NCBI GenBank assembly: GCA_963674695.2
Contig: CAXXGI010000001.1
Span: 384,001-448,000, forward strand
Reading direction: 5' to 3'
Origin: a bacterium
GTDB taxonomy: Bacteria; UBA10199; 2-02-FULL-44-16; JAAZCA01
Length of the DNA: 64,000 bases
Below are positions 42,689-52,714 of this stretch, piece by piece. How positions within the stretch are numbered: position 1 is the stretch's first letter; each line of letters begins with the position of its first letter. The translations under genes and the position numbers were made by a program. The notes beneath the pieces are model-generated. The model was not told the DNA's origin, ran no database searches, and saw nothing but the letters and a program-made list of their open reading frames with translations.

Positions 42689-42952
42689 CTACCTGTAGAT
42701 TTCTCTCCGATGACCGATGTCGATGACGACGATCACGAGACGCGAGCGCCGGATTTCGTAGATAATTCGATAGGAACCCATACGGTATTTGTGAAGCCCC
42801 TTGAGTTGTCCCCGAAGGGGCGTGCCGATATCCGGATCTTCGGCAATGCGATCGATGGCACGCGCGAGGCGCTTCCCAAATGCCGGCTGGGCTTTCATAA
42901 GCGTGGCAAACGATTTCTCGGCTTGTTTGGTCAATTCAACACGATAGGACAT
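42689..42952 (-). CDS. RelE/ParE family toxin
   Basis: MSYRVELTKQAEK...GTPLRGQLKGLHKYRMGSYRIIYEI...IDIGHRREIYR. Confidence 0.92.
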   Translation of the reverse strand: MSYRVELTKQAEKSFATLMKAQPAFGKRLARAIDRIAEDPDIGTPLRGQLKGLHKYRMGSYRIIYEIRRSRLVIVVIDIGHRREIYR

Positions 42953-42963
42953 CTCAAAACTCC

Positions 42964-43233
42964 CTAGAGATGATACTTTTCTTTGATCACCTTCCAATCA
43001 ACCGTCCGTCCCGAGCGCGCTTCCGCAAACCCCTTTTTGATTCGTTTGAGGTTCTCCTTATCCTGAACTTCTTCCGCCGTATCCACGAGAGCTTCAAAAT
43101 CATCGAGGGAAAGGAGCACTGCCACCGGCCTGCCATGCTTAGAAACGATATAGCGATCCAGCTCCTCATCGACCTCGTCGATGATTCCCGACAGGTTGGG
43201 GCGCAAATCTTTGAGCGTAATGTGATTATACAT
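42964..43233 (-). CDS. Phd/YefM family antitoxin
   Basis: ITLKDLRPNLSGIIDEV...IVSKHGRPVAVLLSLDDFE; directly upstream of the toxin; GGAGGA RBS. Confidence 0.92.
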   Translation of the reverse strand: MYNHITLKDLRPNLSGIIDEVDEELDRYIVSKHGRPVAVLLSLDDFEALVDTAEEVQDKENLKRIKKGFAEARSGRTVDWKVIKEKYHL

Positions 43234-43595
43234 GATATCCTCCGGGCCTCTTCAAAAGAGTACACTATAGGGTACACCATGTCAATCATCCAATGCAGCT
43301 CCGCTCACGCTGGGATCGATAGTGCGAGGGTCTATAAGATGATGGGTCAGGTGAGCAGTGAGAGGAAAGGCAAAAAAAAGAACTCTCGCCTCACTGTCCA
43401 TACACAGATTATTCATCATAGAATATGCGTGTTGGCGAACCCTTTGGAAATTCTGAACTGCAGATGCATTTTGCAAATGTTAGAACCAAGAGGTCAATAC
43501 CGACAGACAATAATATGCAACCTTTTCAAACAAACCGACTTCTTTGACTCGATATTCATTTCTACTGTGAAAACATGTGCCATTAATTTTGTCTT

Positions 43596-43805
43596 TCATT
43601 TCGTGGCACAGCTTATATTTCTCGCATAATCTGCAATTTCGCTATCTAAATCTGCCCTTGCTTCCTCTTCGCTATCGCCCTCTCCAATCAAGAACATGTT
43701 ATTCCTACTCTCGAGACAGTCCATAAATTGAAAACGGAAGGATGTAACACAACTGCCTTGATCGTATTTTTCAATAAAAGCATTTGTATGAGCGATGTAT
43801 GACAT
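43596..43805 (-). CDS. Small hypothetical protein in an AT-rich segment
   Basis: 69 codons preceded by GGAGG; no recognised motif. Confidence 0.35.
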   Translation of the reverse strand: MSYIAHTNAFIEKYDQGSCVTSFRFQFMDCLESRNNMFLIGEGDSEEEARADLDSEIADYARNISCATK

Positions 43806-44128
43806 GGACGACCTCCGTTACGAAATCATTACGTTATCTTTCCAACAATCACTAGTGGTATCGCCCACCTCAGAAAAAAGTTGCTTGGTTCCCCCCCCCC
43901 CCCAAATCCGACAGTTCCAAGTTGGCATGAAATATCACGCCGTTATCCGGAAAACTTTTCAAAAAATGTCGGCCGGATTTCGTTAAAAAAAGCGGCGCGC
44001 GGAGGTGTTTTCTCCGTTTGGCCGTCGTGTGCGCCGTCTTAAGGAGCTCTCGTGCTGTATTACAAACGCACCTCGCCGGCGGTTTCTGTTTTCCTCGTCT
44101 TCGTTTCTCCCGCGTCCTTCCTGTGCCC

Positions 44129-45003
44129 TCATGGCATCGCCATGTCTGCGATGAGTCGTCTCGCATCCCGATAGATCGCAAACGACGGATGCCCGTGGCA
44201 GAGTTTGACGATCATCTGCCGTCCGGTCTTGATGACGCGCCCGGCGATGCAGAAGAGCCAGAGCCGCAGCTTCTTGAGTCGGCAGGTGGAGAGCTCTTCT
44301 GGCAGGGCGTGCAGTTGGAGCGCCCTCACAAGATTCTGAGCGATGCACTGGATCCGCCACCACGCGGCGTTGGCGCCGAATGCGGCGCAGGGAAGCACGC
44401 CTCCGGCGAGGTCGCTCTTGATCTGTTTGTTGACGTGCTCGATCGTCCCGCCTCGCTCGTGGTGCCACCGGATGAGGCGATCGCCCGCCCAGTCCATATT
44501 GGTGACGATGAGCTCATAGCGATCCTTGCGTGTCACTTCCTCTATGGCTTCATCCTGAATGAGCTCCCATTGCTCCCTGCGTCTTTCTGGTGACGAGATA
44601 GCGATACGTTCGCTTCCGCATATCCTCCTGTGATCCGTTTGCGCTCACCCAGTCGATCTCGGCCCACTCGCGTGCGGATTCGCTTCACGCCCTTCGGGAT
44701 CACCGAGAGACACCGCTTGAAAAACCCCAGGACGTCGTGCGCGGGGGCGACGTTTCCGTCCCGAAACTCGTCGGCGATGACGATCCCAAGCTCCGCGATC
44801 GTGCCGATGACCGATTCGAGGAGCCGCCACTCCTCCCAGCCCTTTCCCTTGAGTGTGAGCGTTCGACGCACGAATCGGGGCAGACCCAGGGCGATCATCA
44901 TCTCGTGCAGCGGAGGCAGGCCACCGAACCCGGTGAGCGTATCGTTGCGATCCATCATTTCACACTTGAACGGAAGGAGAGTTTGGCGTAGAGGTTTGGT
45001 CAT
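44129..45003 (-). pseudogene. IS1380-family transposase remnant, split and internally deleted
   Basis: N-fragment LTGFGGLPPL...EFRDGNV and C-fragment IVTN...WHHERGGTIEHVNKQIKSDL.GG.LP...FGANAAW are separate ORFs, together much shorter than a full transposase. Confidence 0.8.
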
Positions 45004-45286
45004 TGGGAAGTTCCTTTTTCTCGTGTGGGATGGAGTCTCAAACCCTTTCTACACGAGCTTTTCCGAGAGGAAAGAGGGGCTTCCCTTTTTTTATGCGATC
45101 TCTCTCCCGCCGAAACTCCAACCATAATAATGAAGGGGATACCCACCGCCGGATGTGGACAGGGCACCTCTGGAAGGTACCCTGCCCACATCCAACCGTG
45201 GATATCCCAGCTCTATTATCATCAAGCGTCAAAAAAACCTCGTCGCCGTCAAATGAATTCAGGATATGCGCCAAAGTGGTCGATCT

Positions 45287-45404
45287 CGACCACCACGAAC
45301 GGCCTTCGTAGCGGTCCTCGATGACCACTTTTGAGCACCGCGCCCCAAACTGGCAAAAACCGACCACCACGAACGGCCTTCGTGGCGGTCGTCGATGACC
45401 ACTT
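45287..45404. repeat. Two ~44-bp internally palindromic direct repeats
   Basis: cgaccaccacgaacggccttcgt(a/g)gcggtc(c/g)tcgatgaccacttt, twice; a separate hairpin sits at ~45150-45193. Confidence 0.8.
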
Positions 45405-46058
45405 TGCTTCGCGGCGTGTCGTCCTGGCGAAGGATTACCCGCACCCGATTCGTTCGGCGGCAGAAGTCTCCGAATTCTGCTGTGAGCAAGGATGTCGCGA
45501 ATTTTGGTGCCGAAGCTTGGCGAAGTGACTGTCCCCTATAATCGGTCCCGATTTTCACCCTCAGGGTGAAGATCGGATCATCTTCAATGCTTCGCCTTCT
45601 CAATCCCTGCCGACATCTCCGCGCGCAATCACCGTTCTTCCTGTCGGATGGGGGATCAATGACCGATTTTTTGGAGAATCCCTTGGCATTTTTGTCCGGG
45701 ACGCAACTTTGGGGTTCGGGCGGTCGATAATACCCTTGAACCCAGGATAAATCGCTGTTTCCCAGCACAAGGAGAACCCCATTATGTCGCTGTTCGACCT
45801 CGCCCATCGCATCGGCCAAGGCCAAGCGACCCCCTTCGACGCCCAGCGCCCGAAGGAGACGTCAGCGATCTCCTCCGAGACCCAGGATCCGTGGGACGAC
45901 GTCACGCAGAAGGAGATCCTGCTCCCACGTGAGGACTCGACGCAGTATACGGCATGTTCAGGCCCGGAAAATTCCATCCCGAAATCCTCACCAAAAATTA
46001 ACAGAATCTGGAAGTAACCTCCCTTGCCATCTGATCGAGGCTGGGCTATGCCGCAGCC

Positions 46059-47219
46059 ATGATTTCCGGCATGACATACGAGGATCGCGAACGGGAGTTT
46101 CTCGCCCCCTATGCGGTCCACAGCGCACAGAGCCGCGGTAGACAGCATGCGGAAGAGGCCTGTCCGCTCCGCACCTGTTTTCAGCGCGATCGCGATCGCA
46201 TCGTCCATTCCGAGGCCTTCCGCCGACTCGAGTACAAGACCCAGGTCTTCGTCAACCACGAGGGCGACTACTATCGCACGCGGCTCACCCACACACTCGA
46301 GGTCGCCCAGATCTCGCGCGGGCTGGCGCGCACGCTGCGACTCAACGAGGACCTGGCCGAAGCGATCGCCCTGGCACATGATCTGGGCCATACGCCCTTC
46401 GGCCATCGCGGCGAGACCGCGCTCAACGACCTGATGGCAGAGCACGGCGGGTTTGAACACAATCGGCAGAGCTATCGCGTGGTCACGCTACTCGAACGAC
46501 GCTATCCGGATTTTCTGGGCTTGAATCTCTCGCTCGAGGTCCTCGACGGAATTGTCAAACACGCCACCGAATACGACGCGCCGAACCTCGACGGCATGGA
46601 GCTGGGGACCGAGCGCTTCCCCACCATGGAGGCACAGGTCGTCAATATCGCCGACGAGATCGCCTACATGAATCACGATCTCGACGACGGCCTGGAATCG
46701 GGCATGCTCATCCCGAGTGAAATCGATGCGGTCGCGCTCTGGCGCACGACCCATGGGGCAGCGCTCAAAGACCACCCCAACGCATCGCCCCGAATGGCCA
46801 AATATCAGACGATCCGCCGCCTCATCCACCTGCTCGTCTCGGACCTCGCGGAGGCGACCAAGAGCCGCATCGACACGATGAACCTGTCCTCATTGGATGA
46901 AGTCGTCCAATGCCCGAATCAGATCGTGGCCTTCAGCGAAGAGATCACCGCGCAGGCCAAGGAGCTCAAGGATTTCCTCTTCTCCCATCTCTATCGACAC
47001 TACCGCGTGGAACGCATGGCCGACAAATCGACGCGCATCTTGAACGCCCTCTTTGAAACGTATCTCAATAACCCGAAGGTATTGCCGCCCGCGCTCGAAG
47101 CGACCATTCGCACCGAGGGGCACGCCCACCGCCGCATCTGCGACTATATGGCGGGCATGACCGATCGGTATGCCCTGGGAGAATACGCAAAACTGTTCGA
47201 TCCGAATGCAACGGTTTGA
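46059..47219 (+). CDS. dgt: Deoxyguanosinetriphosphate triphosphohydrolase
   Basis: Motifs FQRDRDRIVHS.AFRRL..KTQVF, RTRLTHTLEV, AHDLGHTPFGH, DYMAGMTD. Confidence 0.95.
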   Translation: MISGMTYEDREREFLAPYAVHSAQSRGRQHAEEACPLRTCFQRDRDRIVHSEAFRRLEYKTQVFVNHEGDYYRTRLTHTLEVAQISRGLARTLRLNEDLAEAIALAHDLGHTPFGHRGETALNDLMAEHGGFEHNRQSYRVVTLLERRYPDFLGLNLSLEVLDGIVKHATEYDAPNLDGMELGTERFPTMEAQVVNIADEIAYMNHDLDDGLESGMLIPSEIDAVALWRTTHGAALKDHPNASPRMAKYQTIRRLIHLLVSDLAEATKSRIDTMNLSSLDEVVQCPNQIVAFSEEITAQAKELKDFLFSHLYRHYRVERMADKSTRILNALFETYLNNPKVLPPALEATIRTEGHAHRRICDYMAGMTDRYALGEYAKLFDPNATV

Positions 47220-47236
47220 GGAAAGGTTTCCGAATA

Positions 47237-48373
47237 ATGACCAGCGATCAGAGTCCCTCACATCCCCTGGCGTTTGTCGTTCGGGCCTTCGGTTTTATCG
47301 TATTGCTCTTTTTCTTCCTCGTCGCCATCAGCCTCCTGGGAGGATCCTTCAAGCTCCTGGGCAAAGGCGTCGCCGAATCGCTCATCACGACGACCGCAAA
47401 TCCCTTCGCGGGGCTGCTCATCGGCATCCTCTCTACCGCCATCGTCCAGAGCTCATCGGTGACCACCTCCATGGTCGTGGCCCTCGTCTCCGGCGGAGCG
47501 CTCTCGGTGCAGAGCGCGGTGCCCATCGTCATGGGTGCCAACATCGGCACCACGATCACCTGCGCGCTGGTCTCGGTCGGGCACATCACGCGCAACGATG
47601 AATTCGAACGCGCCTATGCCGGTGCCAACGTCCACGATATCTTCAACATCATGAGCGTGATCGTCATCCTTCCCTTGCAGCTGGCCACGGGCTTCCTCAA
47701 CAAAGCCGCCTCCGTGATGGCTGGCTTCTTCTACGGAATGGAATCGAGCACATTCTCCAGCCCCATCAAGGTGGCCGTCAAACCGATCGTGAAGGCCGTT
47801 CATCACTTTTTTCTCGATACGATGGCCCTGTCCGACAAAACGACCGGCATTCTTTCCATCATCCTGGCCGCACTCCTGATCTTCCTGACGCTCTCGTTCA
47901 TGGTCAAGGCGATGCGCGCGATCACCGCATCACGCCTGGAGCACTGGATTCAGCGCATCTTCTCAGCAAATATCTACATCATCTTTGCCATCGGCATCGT
48001 CATCACCGCTATCATCCAGTCGAGCTCGATCACGACCTCGATCATGGTACCGATGGTCGGCGCAGGATTGGTCACCATCGAACAGGCCTTCCCGATCACC
48101 GTCGGCGCCAACATCGGAACGACTGTCACCGCCATCCTGGCGGCGCTCGCCGGCAATCAGGCGGGGCTCACGATCGCGTTTGTCCACCTCATCTTCAACC
48201 TCTGCGGCACGCTCCTCTTCTTCGTCCCCCCCTGGACGCGCCGCATTCCAGTAGCCATTTCGAAGTGGTTGGCCTCTATATTCGTTCGAAATAAAAAGCT
48301 TGTGGTGATCTACATCGCTATGCTTTTCTTTGTCCTCCCGCTGATCGGCATGTACATCAGCAGCAAATGGTAA
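47237..48373 (+). CDS. Na+/phosphate cotransporter (NptA/SLC34-like)
   Basis: Two QSSS...GANIGTT repeats; multiple TM helices. Confidence 0.92.
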   Translation: MTSDQSPSHPLAFVVRAFGFIVLLFFFLVAISLLGGSFKLLGKGVAESLITTTANPFAGLLIGILSTAIVQSSSVTTSMVVALVSGGALSVQSAVPIVMGANIGTTITCALVSVGHITRNDEFERAYAGANVHDIFNIMSVIVILPLQLATGFLNKAASVMAGFFYGMESSTFSSPIKVAVKPIVKAVHHFFLDTMALSDKTTGILSIILAALLIFLTLSFMVKAMRAITASRLEHWIQRIFSANIYIIFAIGIVITAIIQSSSITTSIMVPMVGAGLVTIEQAFPITVGANIGTTVTAILAALAGNQAGLTIAFVHLIFNLCGTLLFFVPPWTRRIPVAISKWLASIFVRNKKLVVIYIAMLFFVLPLIGMYISSKW

Positions 48374-48389
48374 CGAAAGGAGACCGACC

Positions 48390-49064
48390 ATGGTCCTGAA
48401 AGAACTCTTGAGCCTCTGGCACGACGATTCTGCGCTGGATGAAACCTTTCGGCGCTTCGATGAAATGATCATATCCGCGAAGGAGATGTTTTCGCTTTCG
48501 ACAACATTCCTCATCAGCGATGACAACCCGGACGGAACGGGAAAACAGTTGAGCAAGATGGATGGAAAGCTCAACACCCTGCAGCAGGTCATTCGCCGCG
48601 ACATCATCACGCATATCTCCGTACAGGGAACGGGCGATATGGTCCCCAGCCTGATGCTCACCAGCATCATCAAGGACGCCGAACGCATCGGCGATTACTG
48701 CAAGAACATCCATGAAGTGGCGCGAAAGGCATCATACATCAACACCGATCCACTCTTCCCGGATCTCGTCGAAATGCGCGCCAAGATCCTCATCTGGTTC
48801 GACCAGACCAAACGCTCTTTTGACCGCCAGGATCGAGAGCTCGCGGAGAATACGCGCGAAGAGGCCTACCTCCATGAAAAGAGCTGCGACCGCCTCCTGT
48901 GGGACCTGGCCTCCGATAACAAGGGCCGCAATGCCGTCGCCGCCGCCCTGATGTTGCGTTTCTTCAAGCGCGTTGCCGCCCACCTGGGCAACATCTGTTC
49001 GAGCGTCGTCCAGCCGCTGGACAAGATCGATTATTACGATCTCTCCGAGAAAGAAGAAGCCTAA
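48390..49064 (+). CDS. PhoU domain protein
   Basis: KDAERIGDYCKNI and RVAAHLGNI; follows the Na/Pi transporter. Confidence 0.85.
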   Translation: MVLKELLSLWHDDSALDETFRRFDEMIISAKEMFSLSTTFLISDDNPDGTGKQLSKMDGKLNTLQQVIRRDIITHISVQGTGDMVPSLMLTSIIKDAERIGDYCKNIHEVARKASYINTDPLFPDLVEMRAKILIWFDQTKRSFDRQDRELAENTREEAYLHEKSCDRLLWDLASDNKGRNAVAAALMLRFFKRVAAHLGNICSSVVQPLDKIDYYDLSEKEEA

Positions 49065-49176
49065 TCGAGAACGACGAACGCCCATGATCTGCCGCGTCAT
49101 TTTCTATTGCGCGCCGCATATTGTACGCTTTCCTCCCCCGTCTATGATCAGCCCACGTGAAATGGGAGGGACTATC

Positions 49177-49851
49177 GTGAAGCCATCGGCACATCGGTCA
49201 CATTATCTCCGTTTCCTCAGCATCCTGCTGCTCTGCGTCTGCGCCTGGCTCTCTCTGCTGGGAACGCGCCCCGCATCTGCCGCTGAGAACAACGAACGCC
49301 GCTTCGACGTCACCATGCGCCTGGGCGCCCAATTCGTCACCCTGCCGGATGCCCCCTTCTTCTGGGCCGAGGGTCGCGATAGCATCACCGTCCAAGGTCG
49401 CCATGAGGGCGCGGTCATTCCAGGCGAATCGATCCCGCGCATGGTCTTTCAAGCTAAACACCCCCCCCTCGACCTCAAGGCGCTGACCGTCGTCATCGAA
49501 GGCATCCCCGGCACCTGGATTCAGATCGACTGGGCCGACTATCCGACCATCCGCCTCACAGAGGTCGACCTTCGCGTGCAGGCCTTCGACGTCCCCAAGA
49601 ATGAACTCATGCCCGCGACGCAACCGATCCTCGATATCGTCCTATCCAACATCTCGCTCTCCACCGAACCCATCGATGTGGAGGGGGTGACCAGTGCCGG
49701 CTATGTCGATGCGATGAAACTCGAGGTCCAGGTCGTAGGCGAGGCCCTCCTCCCCGAAGACCCCCACCCGCTCTACACCGAATGGCTCGCAAACGAACCG
49801 ATCCTCCTCGAACTCATCGTCCGCGCCCACAACCCCTTCAGCAAGAAGTAG
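49177..49851 (+). CDS. Hypothetical secreted protein
   Basis: GGGAGG RBS, GTG start, signal peptide ending ASA; no recognised domain. Confidence 0.65.
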   Translation: MKPSAHRSHYLRFLSILLLCVCAWLSLLGTRPASAAENNERRFDVTMRLGAQFVTLPDAPFFWAEGRDSITVQGRHEGAVIPGESIPRMVFQAKHPPLDLKALTVVIEGIPGTWIQIDWADYPTIRLTEVDLRVQAFDVPKNELMPATQPILDIVLSNISLSTEPIDVEGVTSAGYVDAMKLEVQVVGEALLPEDPHPLYTEWLANEPILLELIVRAHNPFSKK

Positions 49852-49892
49852 CCCAACCAGAGACAATCAAAGAAGAGCACAGAGCACACATC

Positions 49893-50254
49893 GTCCGGCA
49901 GTGTGTTTGTAGGGTTATCATGATCCAACCGGGTGAAATGCCTTGCATGTGCGCCCTACTTCCGCACCGCGAGCCGGACCCTTCCCGGAGGAGTATAAAG
50001 GCGCGTTTGCGAGACGAGCGTATCCCGAAGCAATAAAATCCGTTTGGCTTCACGACATTGAGAGCCGACGGAGGAGGATCCTCAATGTCGATGAAGACAA
50101 CGGATTTTTTGCGAGGGGTAGCGAGCGAAGCGCGCCCTCACGACGAAGGGAAGGGTCCGGCTCGCGGTGCGGAAAGAGCGAAGCGGAAGCGCACATGCAA
50201 GGCATTTCACCCGGTTGGATCATCCGGCGGTCCCCGCAAAACACACTGCCGGAC
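49893..50254. repeat. 362-bp nested inverted-repeat element (REPIN/MITE-like)
   Basis: Terminal gtccggcagtgtgttt / aaacacactgccggac; arms atgatccaaccgggtgaaatgccttgcatgtgcgc and ttccgcaccgcgagccggacccttccc with their reverse complements; central hairpin. Confidence 0.88.
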
Positions 50255-50309
50255 TGACGCGCTCATTTGTTCCAATATACAGGATGTAGATTGCTGTGCG
50301 AATGATGAA

Positions 50310-52571
50310 TCAGTTCTTTGCCGTGGGCGGTGAAGCGATGGGAATTGGTGGGTAGAGGCGTTGCATGGTCCAGAGGCTTGCCAGGACCTTCTTCACGTAG
50401 AGGTTGGTCTCGCTGTAGGGGATCTCTTCGATCCATTCTTCGATGTCGTTCATTTCCCCATTGCCGAGCCAGCGCCCGACGGCCTCTTCGCCGGCGTTGT
50501 AGGACGCGATGTGCGCGACGGGGTTTCCGGGAAAGAGTCCGGACAGTTTTTCGAGATACTGCGCACCGAACCCGATGTTGACCGCCGGGCGATAGAGCAT
50601 GCGCCGATCGACCATGCCTTCACCGACATCGCTCGCCAAGCGATTGGCGGTCGTCGGCATCAGCTGCATCAGCCCCACCGCTCCTGCGGGAGAGACGACC
50701 CACGGACGAAAGGTCGACTCGTTGCGCATGATCGCCCAGATGAGCATCGGATCGACCGTACACTCGCGCGCGAGCGCCCCTACGATCGGACGATAGGCCT
50801 CGGGATAAGCGGCCTGCCAGACGAAGCGATCGAAACCCTTCCCTTTCGGAATTCCCCGCTTGAGCGTTCCGCGATGACGGCGCACCGAAAGGCGGTAGGC
50901 AAGGTTGTGCGCGAAGTTGCGTGATGCCAGCCACATCACCTCGTCTGCGAGTTCGGGATACCGCTTGAGATCGACGACGCGGAGTTCACGCGCAGCCTCC
51001 TCATGGAGCCCAAGGCCATCATAGAATCGCGCGCGCGCCATATGGATCGATTCGGTCTCGGCCGTCTCGTCCGGCGCCCACTGACTGTCCTGGCCCCCCA
51101 TCCAAGAGACGCGCGCAAACTGCTCGGTGGTCAAACGCTTCCCGGCAAGGCGTCGGCGCGCGATCTCTCCGTAATAGCCCTTCGGATATTTGCGGCGCAC
51201 CTCGGTATAGACCGCCCGCGCCTGTTCGCGACGGCCCGCTTTTTCGAGGGCCCGCCCCTTCCAGTAGAGGACGCGATCAGCGATGCGAATGCGTTTTGCC
51301 GCACCCCCGAGCAATCCATCAAAGACAGCGATCGCATCGTCAGATTGGCCGCGCATATACTCGCACCACCCCATATGCCAACGCGCGAGCGTCTTGGTCT
51401 TGCTCCCTCCATGCATCTCGGCCACGTGTCGAAAATGCGGAATCGCCTCCGCATACTTTCCCTCATCCATATAGAGGTACGCGATCTTGTACGCGATATT
51501 GGCAGCGCGACGCGAACGCGGATTCTCGCGGGCGAGCATCCGCTTGCGCATTGCAATCGCTTTTTCGTAGTCGTCCTTCTTCGCATAGGTCGTGGCGAGT
51601 GTGGCCGAGACCCCGCCGACGTATCCTCGGGCACGTGGATCGGCCAGCAGCTCCTGCATAAGCGCGATGGCCTCGTCATAGCGATGTGTCCAGCGGTAAC
51701 ACCGCGCGAGCAACCAGCGTGCGCGCACCTCGTTCTCGGAGCCCAACCCCTCGCGTTCGAGCAACGCCTTCAGGCGAACAGCCGCCTCGTCCCACTGCGA
51801 ACGATCGACGAACGACTGGGCCAAGCGATATTGTTGTTGGGGATGGTCCAGCCACTTGCGAACATCGACGCCAAAACGCCGACGCACATCCCCGATGAGG
51901 GAGGAGAGATCGCGAAGCTCTTCCTCGCTGCCCGCATTGACCGCCAGCGCCTTCACCCGCGCCACGGCCGTCTCCGCCTGACCGGATTCAATCGCCAGCT
52001 CGGCGTTGACGCGATCGATGCGCGCCTGCCTCTCGATCGAGAGATGCTTCTCGCGCGAAAGAACTCGCAGCGCTTCGCTCGCCTCACGAAATCGCCGCAT
52101 GCCGACGAGCGCACGCACGCGTTCGAATTCGGCATCACGCGCCCAAACGCTTTCGGGAAAACGATCCTTCAGAAGGTCGAGAAAGGTGAGCGCCTGCGGA
52201 AAATGCCCGAGTTCGATCGCCGCGACACCGCGCTCATAGAACACTGTGTCCTCCACGAGGGGAAGCGCATCGGCCACCTTGGCGAGAAAGGTCTCGGCCT
52301 CCTTCCACCGCCTCTTTTGAAAATGGGCATACCCGAGGACAAAATCCCACTCCGGAACGGAATACTGCTTCGCACGGACGGCAAAATCGGAGAGTCCCTG
52401 CACGACCTCGTCGAGGGATAAGGCTGTAGCCTGCACCGAACGGCGAGGTGCGGTCTCGGCAACCTGCGCCTGCGCCGCAGAAGCGCGGCCCGCACACCCG
52501 GTCGCGGCGAAGACAACGATCGTACCGATGAAACAGATGGCAATGTTCACGACACGCATGGGAGATAACAT
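50310..52571 (-). CDS. Soluble lytic transglycosylase with TPR repeats
   Basis: SLT motifs AIMRNESTF, SPAGAVGLMQLMPTTA, ASYNAG, IPYSETNLYVKKV; N-terminal TPRs. Confidence 0.92.
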   Translation of the reverse strand: MLSPMRVVNIAICFIGTIVVFAATGCAGRASAAQAQVAETAPRRSVQATALSLDEVVQGLSDFAVRAKQYSVPEWDFVLGYAHFQKRRWKEAETFLAKVADALPLVEDTVFYERGVAAIELGHFPQALTFLDLLKDRFPESVWARDAEFERVRALVGMRRFREASEALRVLSREKHLSIERQARIDRVNAELAIESGQAETAVARVKALAVNAGSEEELRDLSSLIGDVRRRFGVDVRKWLDHPQQQYRLAQSFVDRSQWDEAAVRLKALLEREGLGSENEVRARWLLARCYRWTHRYDEAIALMQELLADPRARGYVGGVSATLATTYAKKDDYEKAIAMRKRMLARENPRSRRAANIAYKIAYLYMDEGKYAEAIPHFRHVAEMHGGSKTKTLARWHMGWCEYMRGQSDDAIAVFDGLLGGAAKRIRIADRVLYWKGRALEKAGRREQARAVYTEVRRKYPKGYYGEIARRRLAGKRLTTEQFARVSWMGGQDSQWAPDETAETESIHMARARFYDGLGLHEEAARELRVVDLKRYPELADEVMWLASRNFAHNLAYRLSVRRHRGTLKRGIPKGKGFDRFVWQAAYPEAYRPIVGALARECTVDPMLIWAIMRNESTFRPWVVSPAGAVGLMQLMPTTANRLASDVGEGMVDRRMLYRPAVNIGFGAQYLEKLSGLFPGNPVAHIASYNAGEEAVGRWLGNGEMNDIEEWIEEIPYSETNLYVKKVLASLWTMQRLYPPIPIASPPTAKN

Positions 52572-52597
52572 TTTCTTGAGACGAACTGTTCAATAGT

Positions 52598-52668
52598 TGT
52601 CATTCCCGCGAAGGCGGGAATCTCGAAGTGGGTGAAAAATCGAGATTCCCGCCTTCGCGGGAATGACA
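52598..52668. repeat. Inverted pair of dRS3-like units
   Basis: tgtcattcccgcgaaggcgggaatctcga ... tcgagattcccgccttcgcgggaatgaca. Confidence 0.9.
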
Positions 52669-52714
52669 GCAAAAAGCCCTCTTCCCTCTAAGCGATTATC
52701 ACCCGTCACGGCTC

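Noticed and set aside
43259-43278. gtacac-N6-gtacac as another regulon box
   Set aside because: Different geometry (direct repeat, 6-nt spacer) and located at the TA promoter, so more likely the antitoxin operator.
45287-45404. Palindromic direct repeats as a mini-CRISPR
   Set aside because: Only two imperfect 44-bp copies, no leader and no cas genes.
46059-47219. dGTPase as an antiviral defence gene
   Set aside because: It looks like the ordinary ~380-aa housekeeping Dgt-like form, followed by phosphate-transport genes.
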